DNA of 64,000 nt from Candidatus Sulfotelmatobacter sp. (GTDB taxonomy: Bacteria > Acidobacteriota > Terriglobia > Terriglobales > Acidobacteriaceae), in contig DASREX010000060.1 in the NCBI GenBank assembly GCA_035651855.1, positions 14,528-78,527 on the forward strand. Direction: 5' to 3'. Both the position numbers and the translations under genes were made by a program. Of this stretch, positions 36,389 through 44,739 are shown in pieces. Positions within the stretch are counted from its first letter, which is position 1, and each line of letters begins with the position of its first letter. The notes under the pieces were generated by a model. It saw nothing but the letters and a program-made list of their open reading frames with translations, searched no databases and was not told the origin of the DNA.

Positions 36389-37954
36389 TCAGGCCCGGGC
36401 CAGGCCCCGGTCCTGGGCGAGATGCAGTACGTAGTTTGCGGAGGTTCCCGAATATCCCTTGTGCGGGATTTTGTAAGTGGCGCGCCGCAATTCGGGATGG
36501 CGCTTCTCGTAGTCGTGAATGGCCTGTACGGTGAGTCCAGTCTTCTGTAAGACTTCTTCAAACTCCGCCTGTGCCCGCTTCTTCGCCTCGGTGAGAATCA
36601 TCTGGCAGCGCGAGAGTGCGTGCACCTCCGCATCGCCTTTAACCTCGATGGGCGCGTAGAGCAGGTCCGGATATTTCCCGATGACATTAGCCATCGAGCC
36701 GATCGACATCGTGTTCGGCATGCAGGAGTAGGGCGAGAGCTCGCAAACCATGTGCGCTTTTTTGTGATGGTAGGCGTACAGCGCCTTGCCAATCAGCATG
36801 TGTCCTTCGCCGCCCCGCAGTTCGAAGTGATAAAACGGCTCGGCCAGGTTCTTCAGCTCCATCTGGTCCGGCAACTCGCTGGGAATATTGGCCAGCGCTT
36901 TGCGAAAACGGTTATAGGTGCCGACGTAGATGCGCTCCAGCACTTTCAGGATGAACTCGTCACGCCTGGGATGCCTGCTGGGCGAATGGCGGCGCTCCAG
37001 TTTGCGGATGGCGGGGTGCATCAGATAATGCAGCCACACCGCAACCGGCGGAGGCGCGACCTCGGAGTCTTCCTGCTCCAGCCACTTCTTGATGTTGTAG
37101 TTCCCGTCTCCCTCGTGAGTCTGCAGCCAGAACTCGCCCGTAATCTTGACGCGTGCCTTCACGCGCGTGCGGTCTACTTCGATGGCGTCCCATTTCCGCC
37201 GGACTTCCCGCAGAGCTTTCGTAAAGTAACGGCTGGCCAGGTGGAATCTCAGGGTATTCAACTTGCTGCCCTGTTCCGGGCGATCGTGGAACACGCCGTA
37301 CATGTACTCGATGCAATCTTTCAGCACGGCATCCGTCTGACCCGGATTCACTTCGTAGGGCCGGGTTGCGTACTCCAGGTCGGTGATGACGTCCCCGCAA
37401 AGGATGGCCCAGATGAGCCCCAGACTGAGAGGCATATTGATCTCCAGGCCACCTCCGCCCGTATCCCCCTGGTCGAGTTCGTCCTGCGCCAGAAGAAAAA
37501 GGCGGAAGTCCCTCAGGCCCAGCCCGTCCAGAGCCATGGAATACGATTCGTGATACTGCCCGAAGCGGCAGGGGCCGCAGGCTCCCGCGGTGAGATAGAC
37601 ATAATTCTTGTTCGTCTGCTCTTTTCCATGCAGGGCGACTTCTTTCTTCAGGAAGTTGACCAGGCTTCCTGTCGTGAAGATTGTGGGACAGCAGGCGCCG
37701 ACATCGATCAGTTCTTTACCGGCATCGAGATCTTCGCGCGCGATATTCGGCAGGGGCTCGGCCTTGTAGTTGAGGTTGTGCAGCGCCCCCTGCATCATCC
37801 GTTCGTGCTTCCACGTCAATCCGCCAAACAGCAGGGTCGTCGTGTCCCGCTGTTCGCGAGTGAACGGCCTGGGACGATACGCTTCATAGTGTTTGACGGG
37901 CGGGGCGGCGAAATTGCTGGAAGGATTGGGGTCGATACTAACAAGCTGTCCCAT
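36389..37954 (-). CDS. 2-hydroxyacyl-CoA dehydratase D-component-like / activase-related protein (HgdA/B-BcrB/C superfamily)
   Basis: 521 aa. GACCPTIF, GACGPCRFGQY and SPYSCMPN motifs are paralogous to those of the 415-aa protein. Lies 29 nt upstream of the double ATPase gene. Confidence 0.75.
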   Translation of the reverse strand: MGQLVSIDPNPSSNFAAPPVKHYEAYRPRPFTREQRDTTTLLFGGLTWKHERMMQGALHNLNYKAEPLPNIAREDLDAGKELIDVGACCPTIFTTGSLVNFLKKEVALHGKEQTNKNYVYLTAGACGPCRFGQYHESYSMALDGLGLRDFRLFLLAQDELDQGDTGGGGLEINMPLSLGLIWAILCGDVITDLEYATRPYEVNPGQTDAVLKDCIEYMYGVFHDRPEQGSKLNTLRFHLASRYFTKALREVRRKWDAIEVDRTRVKARVKITGEFWLQTHEGDGNYNIKKWLEQEDSEVAPPPVAVWLHYLMHPAIRKLERRHSPSRHPRRDEFILKVLERIYVGTYNRFRKALANIPSELPDQMELKNLAEPFYHFELRGGEGHMLIGKALYAYHHKKAHMVCELSPYSCMPNTMSIGSMANVIGKYPDLLYAPIEVKGDAEVHALSRCQMILTEAKKRAQAEFEEVLQKTGLTVQAIHDYEKRHPELRRATYKIPHKGYSGTSANYVLHLAQDRGLARA

Positions 37955-38420
37955 TCGGTGCTCCTTACCGAAGAATTTTGGGCCCAGACGATCCGGATCG
38001 AGGTCAGATGGTGGAAGGTTTTGCTGGCACCGTCATGGATCACAGCCCCCGAAGAGGCGGTTCAGCCATGCAGGTCAGCACACGACCGTGCGAAATACTC
38101 ATCGCTGATGAACCCAAAAAAAAGGGTTCCGACGGTAAAGAATCATGCTGCCGATGCGGCTATTCAAAAGCCGTATCGCCCTCAAACCCGACGGCAGGCC
38201 CGTATCGCACAGGTAGGAGTGCCGTCCCCCCATTGAAGGAATGCGACATGATACCTCTTAACTGCAATCTGTTGTCGTATTTTTCCGTGACTATTTGCCG
38301 ATAAAGGCAGGTTTTGGGCTGGGACTCGCGCGGTCTCAGGTAGGGGTTGGAGCCGCTCCCAGGGACTCCAACGCCCGCAGCGGCGAGCGCAAGGGGGCGA
38401 TCGATCCCTGCCTGGATTGT

Positions 38421-38457
38421 GGTTCCCCTGCCGGTTGGCTCTTCGGTACAGGGAACC
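38421..38457 (-). terminator. Extended hairpin just downstream of the SH3b gene pair (possible terminator, no U-tract)
   Basis: GGTTCCC(C)TG..CAGGGAACC outer stem plus an inner CCG/CGG stem, 18 nt beyond the stop at 38475. Confidence 0.35.
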
Positions 38458-38474
38458 GGCAAAGCTGCCGCGGA

Positions 38475-39749
38475 CTACTGGCTGGCAGAAACCCCCGCCC
38501 CGCCCAGCATCTCCGGAGGATCAAAGAAGCATTGGCGCCAGAACGCCGAATCGGATAGCGCGCCTGCTTTCCACTGCTTCATAACCGGAAGGGTGGCAGC
38601 GATCATGCCACCATCCGCGGAATCGAAGATGAGAACGATTCCCGCCAGCGTGTCCGCCTTTTGTGCCAGTTCGTTATAGCTCTTGTCCAGGACCGACTTC
38701 GCAAATTCCAGCCTCATGGTTACGCCGCTGTCGGAGGCGGACTGATCATTTTTTTCGACCGACAGAATCCTGACGCTCTTGCCCCGCAACGGCTGCCAGT
38801 CTCCCGGAAAGGGCGCGGTTTCCTCGCGAGTGACGTGGAATGGCTGCGCTGCGGCCGCATTCGCTCCCGCACCCGGACGGGCGAGAGTGTCCGGGATGCC
38901 CTCCGGCATCTCCAGGCTGTTGCGCCAGATCCAGCCGCGGGAAAGTCCCGAAATGCGCACGTGGACCCAATCGGCATTGAAGTCGAGCATCTCGAATTCA
39001 TCGTGCGCGCTGGCCAGGAAAATAGTTTTCGCCGTAAGGCTGGGAGAGGCTACCACCGCCGTTCCTGATTGTTTCACGGCCACGAGATTACTGGGATGCG
39101 CCTGGTTGTGCAGAATCTCCTCGAGGCTCTTGATCTCGGCTTGCAGATCTCCGTCAGTCCCCTTTGCTGTGTTCGCGACCTGTTCGCGCGGCGGAAAGGT
39201 CGGGCTCAGCGGCGGAGAAAATGGTCCCGCAGCGGCTGGTGCCGCGGGCTTGCCTGTGCCCGGCGGTTGCTCAGTAGGCTGAGTCGCCACGCCCGCTGCT
39301 GCCGGAGCGGGCGCGGGAGCAGCACTGGCCTTGGCGAGTTCCTCCGAGAGTTGATCCAGAAGGTCGGCTTCGAGGCGTCCGTTGGAGGGTAAGGCCCGAT
39401 AACCGGAGTGAGCCCCGGACGGGTCGGCATACCACGCCGTTATCTTGGTGCTGACTCGAACGACCGAGTTTCCCGGTTGCGCCGCACTCACCTGCACTGA
39501 CGTCTGGAAATAAGGCCGCCGGTAGCGGTCGAGCGGCTGATCCCCAGGCGAGACGAAGCCGTCGAGCATGGGAAGGCGCCCACTCAACGATGGTTGCAGG
39601 TTCTTCAGGGCTTGTTCTAGCGCGACCTTGGATTGTGGAAAGGTGCGCTCCGAAGAGGCTGGGCTCTGAGATTCGACCCGCAAGAGCAGCGCGAATGCGA
39701 TCAGGACACACACGCCGATCTCTTTTCTCAGGAGTCTCGCCCATTTCAT
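38475..39749 (-). CDS. Hypothetical secreted protein with a central SH3b-like domain and Pro/Ala-rich linker
   Basis: ORF trimmed to the ATG at 39749 (MKWARLLRKEIGVCVLIAFALLL signal), giving an ATGA overlap with the upstream gene's stop. SH3b-like ..FEMLDFNADWVHVRISGLSRGWIWRNSLE.. . I recognise no family for the flanking domains. Confidence 0.6.
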   Translation of the reverse strand: MKWARLLRKEIGVCVLIAFALLLRVESQSPASSERTFPQSKVALEQALKNLQPSLSGRLPMLDGFVSPGDQPLDRYRRPYFQTSVQVSAAQPGNSVVRVSTKITAWYADPSGAHSGYRALPSNGRLEADLLDQLSEELAKASAAPAPAPAAAGVATQPTEQPPGTGKPAAPAAAGPFSPPLSPTFPPREQVANTAKGTDGDLQAEIKSLEEILHNQAHPSNLVAVKQSGTAVVASPSLTAKTIFLASAHDEFEMLDFNADWVHVRISGLSRGWIWRNSLEMPEGIPDTLARPGAGANAAAAQPFHVTREETAPFPGDWQPLRGKSVRILSVEKNDQSASDSGVTMRLEFAKSVLDKSYNELAQKADTLAGIVLIFDSADGGMIAATLPVMKQWKAGALSDSAFWRQCFFDPPEMLGGAGVSASQ

Positions 39750-40663
39750 GGCAATAACTCCAATTGCTCGCGCGCTACCCATCCATGCTGGCCCGCGTGA
39801 GTTTCAACCCCGTACCAGTAAGGGGTTGAAATCACGATCAGAACCTCGGTCCCTGAAGGAAGCGAGACCAGGGTGTGGGCGCTCTGAAAAGGCGAAGCCT
39901 TGAGCGGGGCGCCCGGAGTCTTCACCACGCGTTCCACTTCCCGCCGCAGATTCTTCAGGCGTTGCTCGGGCGTTTCCTCCGCTTTTGAGTCCGTGACCAT
40001 GGGTTGGCTCAGAGCTGCAGGCGCCTGCGCCGCCGGGGCCGGCAGAGTAGCGGGAACGCTCTCCTTCGCCATCAGTTTGTCGCTGACCATAGTGCGGTGT
40101 TCCGCTTGAGCCTGAGTGCCCAGTTGTTTCATGGACTGCAGCGTTTCCAGGTGGTCGTGAATGCTTTTGTATTCTGCGCCCTCTACAGATCCGTTGGACG
40201 GATGCACGGTGTGGCGGAAATCCTCCATGAAGATGGAATCGATGCGCAGCACGGTATTGTTCTGGCCCTGGGCTTGTACCATGTAACGCACGGCCACCGT
40301 TCCCACGTCCCCGCTCTCTTTAAAGTTTCTGGGATCGAGAGCGTGGGGGCGTACCTTGTAAAAGACTTTTCCGCCTTCCTGCCACGGCGGAAAACCGCGG
40401 GCGGAGGTCGCCTCCTCTGCGCCGGTTATGTACTCCTCGCGCTCGTATTCCTTGCTGCCCCGAATGGTTCCATTCTGTACGACGTCCTGAACCGCCTGGG
40501 CAACGTCTGCTTCAGGGAAGGGCAGGTTTACGATGAGCCCGGCGCCATATTGAGTGGTGTCCTTTTCGCGGCCATAAAGCGGTGAGGTCGCGAGAACAAG
40601 CGCGAAGCCGATTGCGACGGCGACAAGGAACGATCCCGATTCGCAGAAGAAGTTCCGTCGCAT
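39746..40663 (-). CDS. Hypothetical secreted protein with a C-terminal SH3b-like domain
   Basis: ORF trimmed to the ATG at 40663 (MRRNFFCESGSFLVAVAIGFALVLATSPLYG); the ATG at 40675 is an alternative. C-terminal ..LPSGTEVLIVISTPYWYGVETHAGQHGWVAREQLELL. Confidence 0.6.
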   Translation of the reverse strand: MRRNFFCESGSFLVAVAIGFALVLATSPLYGREKDTTQYGAGLIVNLPFPEADVAQAVQDVVQNGTIRGSKEYEREEYITGAEEATSARGFPPWQEGGKVFYKVRPHALDPRNFKESGDVGTVAVRYMVQAQGQNNTVLRIDSIFMEDFRHTVHPSNGSVEGAEYKSIHDHLETLQSMKQLGTQAQAEHRTMVSDKLMAKESVPATLPAPAAQAPAALSQPMVTDSKAEETPEQRLKNLRREVERVVKTPGAPLKASPFQSAHTLVSLPSGTEVLIVISTPYWYGVETHAGQHGWVAREQLELLP

Positions 40664-40969
40664 GCAGGTCCCCATTTTTCGCCGCCCCAGGCACTCAATA
40701 AGGAATCTGCGCCGCAAGAAACACGGAAAGGCGAGGCGAATCACCTTCATACCGCCGGGGCTGCCGCTCTGTCAACCGGGGTAGGCGATTGACGTTTTAG
40801 CGATTGCGTTGTCCCGAATATGTTGTGTCACCAAAATGTAAAAAGAGTTAGTCAATCGATTGTCGTCTCCCGCACCGCAAAGAGAGGCGCAAATAGTCTC
40901 GCTGCACTTGAGCTGCGTCAGTGCCGGACGAAAAGTAATAAGCGCAGGCTTTCCAGTCCAGGCACGTTG

Positions 40970-42175
40970 CTAGGGATGAGGGCTCGCCAGTCCCAGATAA
41001 TTTCCGTAGCCGACAATTACGGTTGAAGCAACCAGCAGAAACAGCGCCGTTGTGAGCAACACTCCAGCCCGGGTGCCGGCGCCCTTCCACTCTTTGAAGC
41101 CGATTCCCCAAAGGCTGCTGAAGATGATGATGCTGGCCATGTGCAGCGTCCAACTGGAGAAGCTGTATCGGCCCATCTGGCTTTCTCCCATGGTGTAGAA
41201 GAAAAATTGGAAGTACCACGTGGTGCCTGCCAAGGCACAGAGAAGGTAGTTGCGCAGCATCGGGGCGCGCACCGCTAATTCCGCCGGAGGTGTTTGCACC
41301 ATCACCCCGGACCCGCGCCGCGCAGAACCTATGTGTTCCACGACCTCGCGGCTGGGCGCATCCAGAGCCGTTTCGATGATGGCTTCGTCGCTGATGCTGT
41401 TGTTCCTGATCTGAGCGTTGAAGAATTGATATCCCGTGTGATTACGTTTGAGCAGGATGAGACACCAGATGAAATTGGTCAGGAAGCCGCCGACCAGGAC
41501 CACGATGAGCACCGGCAGGCCCTGCCACAGCTTGGCCGTGCCATGCTGCAGGGTAAGAGCTTTGATCGGATCTCCTGCTGCGAGCCCATAGGCAAAACAT
41601 GCGCTCATCACTCCCGAGAGAACGGCGACGCCAACGCCCTTGCGCAGATCGAACTCCTGAATGGTGGCTTTCTGTTGCTCGGGTGACATCACGCGTTCTT
41701 TGGAGATGCCGGCCAGGCCGGCCGCACCAATACCGACCAGGCAGACGAAGATTCCGAAGAGAATGACACGGCCGGAAGAAGTTCCGACCACCTGAGTCAT
41801 GAATTCGCCGCGAAAAATTGGCGGCATGAGCGTGCCGAATGCGGCGCAAAGTCCCAGCACCACCGCCATCCCCAGGGACAAGCCAAGGTAGCGCATGGTC
41901 AACCCGAACGTCAGCCCTCCGACTCCCCACAAGAGGCCGAAGAAAAACGCCCAGAAAAGCGCGGTCGCCGGAGCCTGGCCCAGCACCGCGAACAAGTCCT
42001 TGGTAAGAAGCGAGGCCAGAATCCAAGGGGCAATAATCCAGCTGAAGAATCCGCCGGCCAGCCAGTAGGTCTCCCACGCCCAGTGCTTTACTCCTTTGTA
42101 AGGGACATAGAAGCTGCCCGAAGCCAGACCGCCGAGCCAGTGGAACAGGACACCCAGTGCCGGGTTTGGATTCAT
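40970..42175 (-). CDS. rhaT: L-rhamnose/proton symporter
   Basis: MNPNPALGVLFHWLGGLASGSFYVPYKGVKHWAWETYWL.. . Ten-TM DMT-type profile characteristic of RhaT. Confidence 0.9.
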   Translation of the reverse strand: MNPNPALGVLFHWLGGLASGSFYVPYKGVKHWAWETYWLAGGFFSWIIAPWILASLLTKDLFAVLGQAPATALFWAFFFGLLWGVGGLTFGLTMRYLGLSLGMAVVLGLCAAFGTLMPPIFRGEFMTQVVGTSSGRVILFGIFVCLVGIGAAGLAGISKERVMSPEQQKATIQEFDLRKGVGVAVLSGVMSACFAYGLAAGDPIKALTLQHGTAKLWQGLPVLIVVLVGGFLTNFIWCLILLKRNHTGYQFFNAQIRNNSISDEAIIETALDAPSREVVEHIGSARRGSGVMVQTPPAELAVRAPMLRNYLLCALAGTTWYFQFFFYTMGESQMGRYSFSSWTLHMASIIIFSSLWGIGFKEWKGAGTRAGVLLTTALFLLVASTVIVGYGNYLGLASPHP

Positions 42176-42193
42176 TAGGTCCTCGAATGTGAA

Positions 42194-42511
42194 CTACAGG
42201 TGGAACACTTCTTCCAGCGGCCGCATGGCGCGATCGGGAAGTGCGCCGTCACGCTGGACGAAGAAGCCGGCCATCTCACGCTGCCATCGTTCATTGACTT
42301 CGCGCTGGGCCATGCCTGCGCGGGCGCGTTCGAAATTCTCGGTCTCCAGATATCCGACCAGGAGCCCATCGTCGCGCAGAAAAAGGGAATAATTTTCCCA
42401 CCCCGTTTCGCGCAAGGCGGCTTGCATGTCGGGCCAGACATGGCGGTGCCGCTCCTTATACTCTTCCAGTCTCTCCGGCTTGACCTGCAAGACAAAACAG
42501 ATGCGCTGCAT
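42194..42511 (-). CDS. rhaM: L-rhamnose mutarotase
   Basis: Trimmed to MQRICFVLQVKPERLEEYKERHRHVWPDMQAALRETGWENYSLF.., the typical RhaM/YiiL fold signature. About 105 aa. Confidence 0.9.
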   Translation of the reverse strand: MQRICFVLQVKPERLEEYKERHRHVWPDMQAALRETGWENYSLFLRDDGLLVGYLETENFERARAGMAQREVNERWQREMAGFFVQRDGALPDRAMRPLEEVFHL

Positions 42512-42522
42512 AGCATCGCTCC

Positions 42523-44739
42523 TCAACGCAAAAAGGCTTCCGAGAGCCCGCCGTCTACCGGGATCACATGTCCAGTCGTCTTGCCGCTGTAATCCCCGGC
42601 CAACCAGACGATTGCATTAGCGCAGTCCTGAGGCAAAATGGGGCGCCGGGTCAGCGTACGCTGGGCATAGAAATCGGCCAGTTTGTCCCGCAGTTGCTCT
42701 GTGGATTCCGCTTCCGAGAACTCGATTTTGTACTTCTGCAGCGACTGGATCACGCGATCCCGCGGAAACATCGTCGATCCAGCCACAACGGTTGCGGGCG
42801 CAATCCCGTTCACCCGCACCTGAGGACTAAGCTTGATCGCAAGTTCGCGAATCAGATGGTTGAGAGCGGTTTTGCTGGTGTCATAGGCCTCGCTGCCCTT
42901 TTTAGGGACAACGGCGTTCGCCGAACTCGTCAAGACCATAGTGGCAGGCAGTTTCTGATCCTTGAACACCCAGTCGGTTTCACGGGCGAGAAGGTAATTG
43001 CCGGTGACGTTCAGCATGAACGTCTTAGACCACTGCGCTTCCGTAAGTTCTCCGTCGGAGCCTGCCACCGGATAAATGGCTGCGGTGTTGACGATGACGT
43101 CGACACCACCGAATTTCGAGACTGTGAAGTTGACCGCATCGGCCAGGGAGGCAGATGAACCGATATCCACGCGGGTGTGCGCAACAAATTCCGGCGAAGA
43201 AAGGACGCCGGCCTCATCCGCAACTTTGGCTGCACCGGCTTCGTCGAAATCGGCAATCACCACGTGCGCCCCGCGCCGCGCCAGCAACAGGGCTACTTCG
43301 CGGCCGATGCCGCTGGCCGCCCCGATGACGACCGCGATCTTGCGGCTGAATTCTGCCTCCGCCGGCATCCGCTGAAGTTTGGCTTCCTCCAGCGCCCAAT
43401 ACTCGATCCGAAACGCCTCCGACCGCGGCAGCGCGACGTAGTTGTGGAATTGGGTGAATTGCTGTGATTGCTCCGGAGTGCGAGCCTGGGGCAACGGATG
43501 AGCGACTTCGCCGTCCTCAAGGGCATTCGCCCCCGCCATTACGTGAATGGCATTGATAAAAAACTCAGTCGTGATCCGTGCTTCCTTTTTGTTCTTGCCG
43601 AAGCCGAACAGGCCCAGGCCGGGTATAACTACCAAGGAAGGATTCGAATCGCGCAGTTTGGGGGAATCGGTTGTCGCCCACTCTTGATGATACTTCTGGT
43701 AAGCGGCCCGGTACTGGCCAATCTCGCCTTGGATGCGCTTTTTAAGAGCGTCCACACTGCCGTTCGCAGCATTCCAGGACAGGAACCAGGGGCAGACCCG
43801 CGTGCGCAAGAAATGGTCCGGGCAACTGGTGCCCAGCGCACTTAACTCCTGCGCCCATTTCGAGCCCGCAAAAGCCAGAGAATCGTTATCGTCGGCGTAG
43901 TGGGCGATCACCCGGCGATTGGAGGACAGAGCTCCGCGGAGAGCGGGCAGGATCTGCGTGGCAATGGCCTGGCGGTCCGGCAGCGGCGCGTGGTCGATTC
44001 CCCCGAACAGCGAGCCTTTCTTCGCTTGATGGCGGAGAATAAATTCCCCCATCTGATCGATGGTGTGAACGCTGTTGAGATAGCAGTCGCGCTGCGTCAT
44101 CCCCCAGGTGAACAGGCCGTGGCCGCCGAGGATAAGGCCTTCGGCGCCCGGGTTTTCCTTGACCGCTTTTTCAATCATCAGGGCCAACTCGAATCCCGGG
44201 CGCTGCCAGGGGGCCCATACGATCTTGCGGCCGAACTCCTTGTTGAACTGCTCCAATTTCCGCTTGCCGTTGGCACTTGCGGCCAAGGCGATGGCCCAGT
44301 CGGGATGCAGGTGATCGACGTGCGGGAAGGGAAGGAAGGCATGCAAAGGGGTATCGATCGACGCCGCTACGCGATTTTCCCCGAATGCCGAGAGCGGGTA
44401 GTAGCGGACCATCTCGTCTTCGTGCTTCTCTCCCCGATACAGTTGCTTCAGTTGCTCGAGGCGATCCAGGTAAAGAAGAGCGAAGCCGGCCTCTGTGATC
44501 GAGCCAATATCGCCGCCGCTGCCTTTTACGGCAAGGACACGGACAGGCTTGCCGGTGAAGGGATCGGGGAGTTCGATTTTTGAGCTGGTGTTCCCTCCCC
44601 CGAAGTTGGTAATGCGCAAGTCCGCTCCCAGCAGGTTAGAACGGTATCGCAAGAGCGCCAACTGATCGTCTCCCAGCCGCCGGGCGTGTTCTTCGTTCCA
44701 CAAATCTTTCAGGTGAGTCGTTTCCTTAATCTCAGGCAT
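42523..44739 (-). CDS. rhaEW: Bifunctional rhamnulose-1-phosphate aldolase / lactaldehyde (short-chain) dehydrogenase
   Basis: N-terminal class II aldolase/adducin-like domain (..LLGADLRITNFGGGNTSSK..). C-terminal SDR domain (VVIGAASGIGREVALLLARRGAHVVIAD). Confidence 0.9.
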   Translation of the reverse strand: MPEIKETTHLKDLWNEEHARRLGDDQLALLRYRSNLLGADLRITNFGGGNTSSKIELPDPFTGKPVRVLAVKGSGGDIGSITEAGFALLYLDRLEQLKQLYRGEKHEDEMVRYYPLSAFGENRVAASIDTPLHAFLPFPHVDHLHPDWAIALAASANGKRKLEQFNKEFGRKIVWAPWQRPGFELALMIEKAVKENPGAEGLILGGHGLFTWGMTQRDCYLNSVHTIDQMGEFILRHQAKKGSLFGGIDHAPLPDRQAIATQILPALRGALSSNRRVIAHYADDNDSLAFAGSKWAQELSALGTSCPDHFLRTRVCPWFLSWNAANGSVDALKKRIQGEIGQYRAAYQKYHQEWATTDSPKLRDSNPSLVVIPGLGLFGFGKNKKEARITTEFFINAIHVMAGANALEDGEVAHPLPQARTPEQSQQFTQFHNYVALPRSEAFRIEYWALEEAKLQRMPAEAEFSRKIAVVIGAASGIGREVALLLARRGAHVVIADFDEAGAAKVADEAGVLSSPEFVAHTRVDIGSSASLADAVNFTVSKFGGVDVIVNTAAIYPVAGSDGELTEAQWSKTFMLNVTGNYLLARETDWVFKDQKLPATMVLTSSANAVVPKKGSEAYDTSKTALNHLIRELAIKLSPQVRVNGIAPATVVAGSTMFPRDRVIQSLQKYKIEFSEAESTEQLRDKLADFYAQRTLTRRPILPQDCANAIVWLAGDYSGKTTGHVIPVDGGLSEAFLR

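Noticed and set aside
38171-38208. A 9-bp direct repeat CCGTATCGC (38171 and 38200) in the 520-bp gap.
   Set aside because: A single 9-mer repeat within 500 bp is close to chance expectation.
40785-40862. Three copies of CGATTG (GCGATTG at 40785 and 40800, plus the palindrome CAATCGATTG at 40853-40862) upstream of the SH3b gene pair.
   Set aside because: Hexamer/heptamer repeats at this density are within chance expectation for about 200 bp. There is no consistent spacing or extended conservation.
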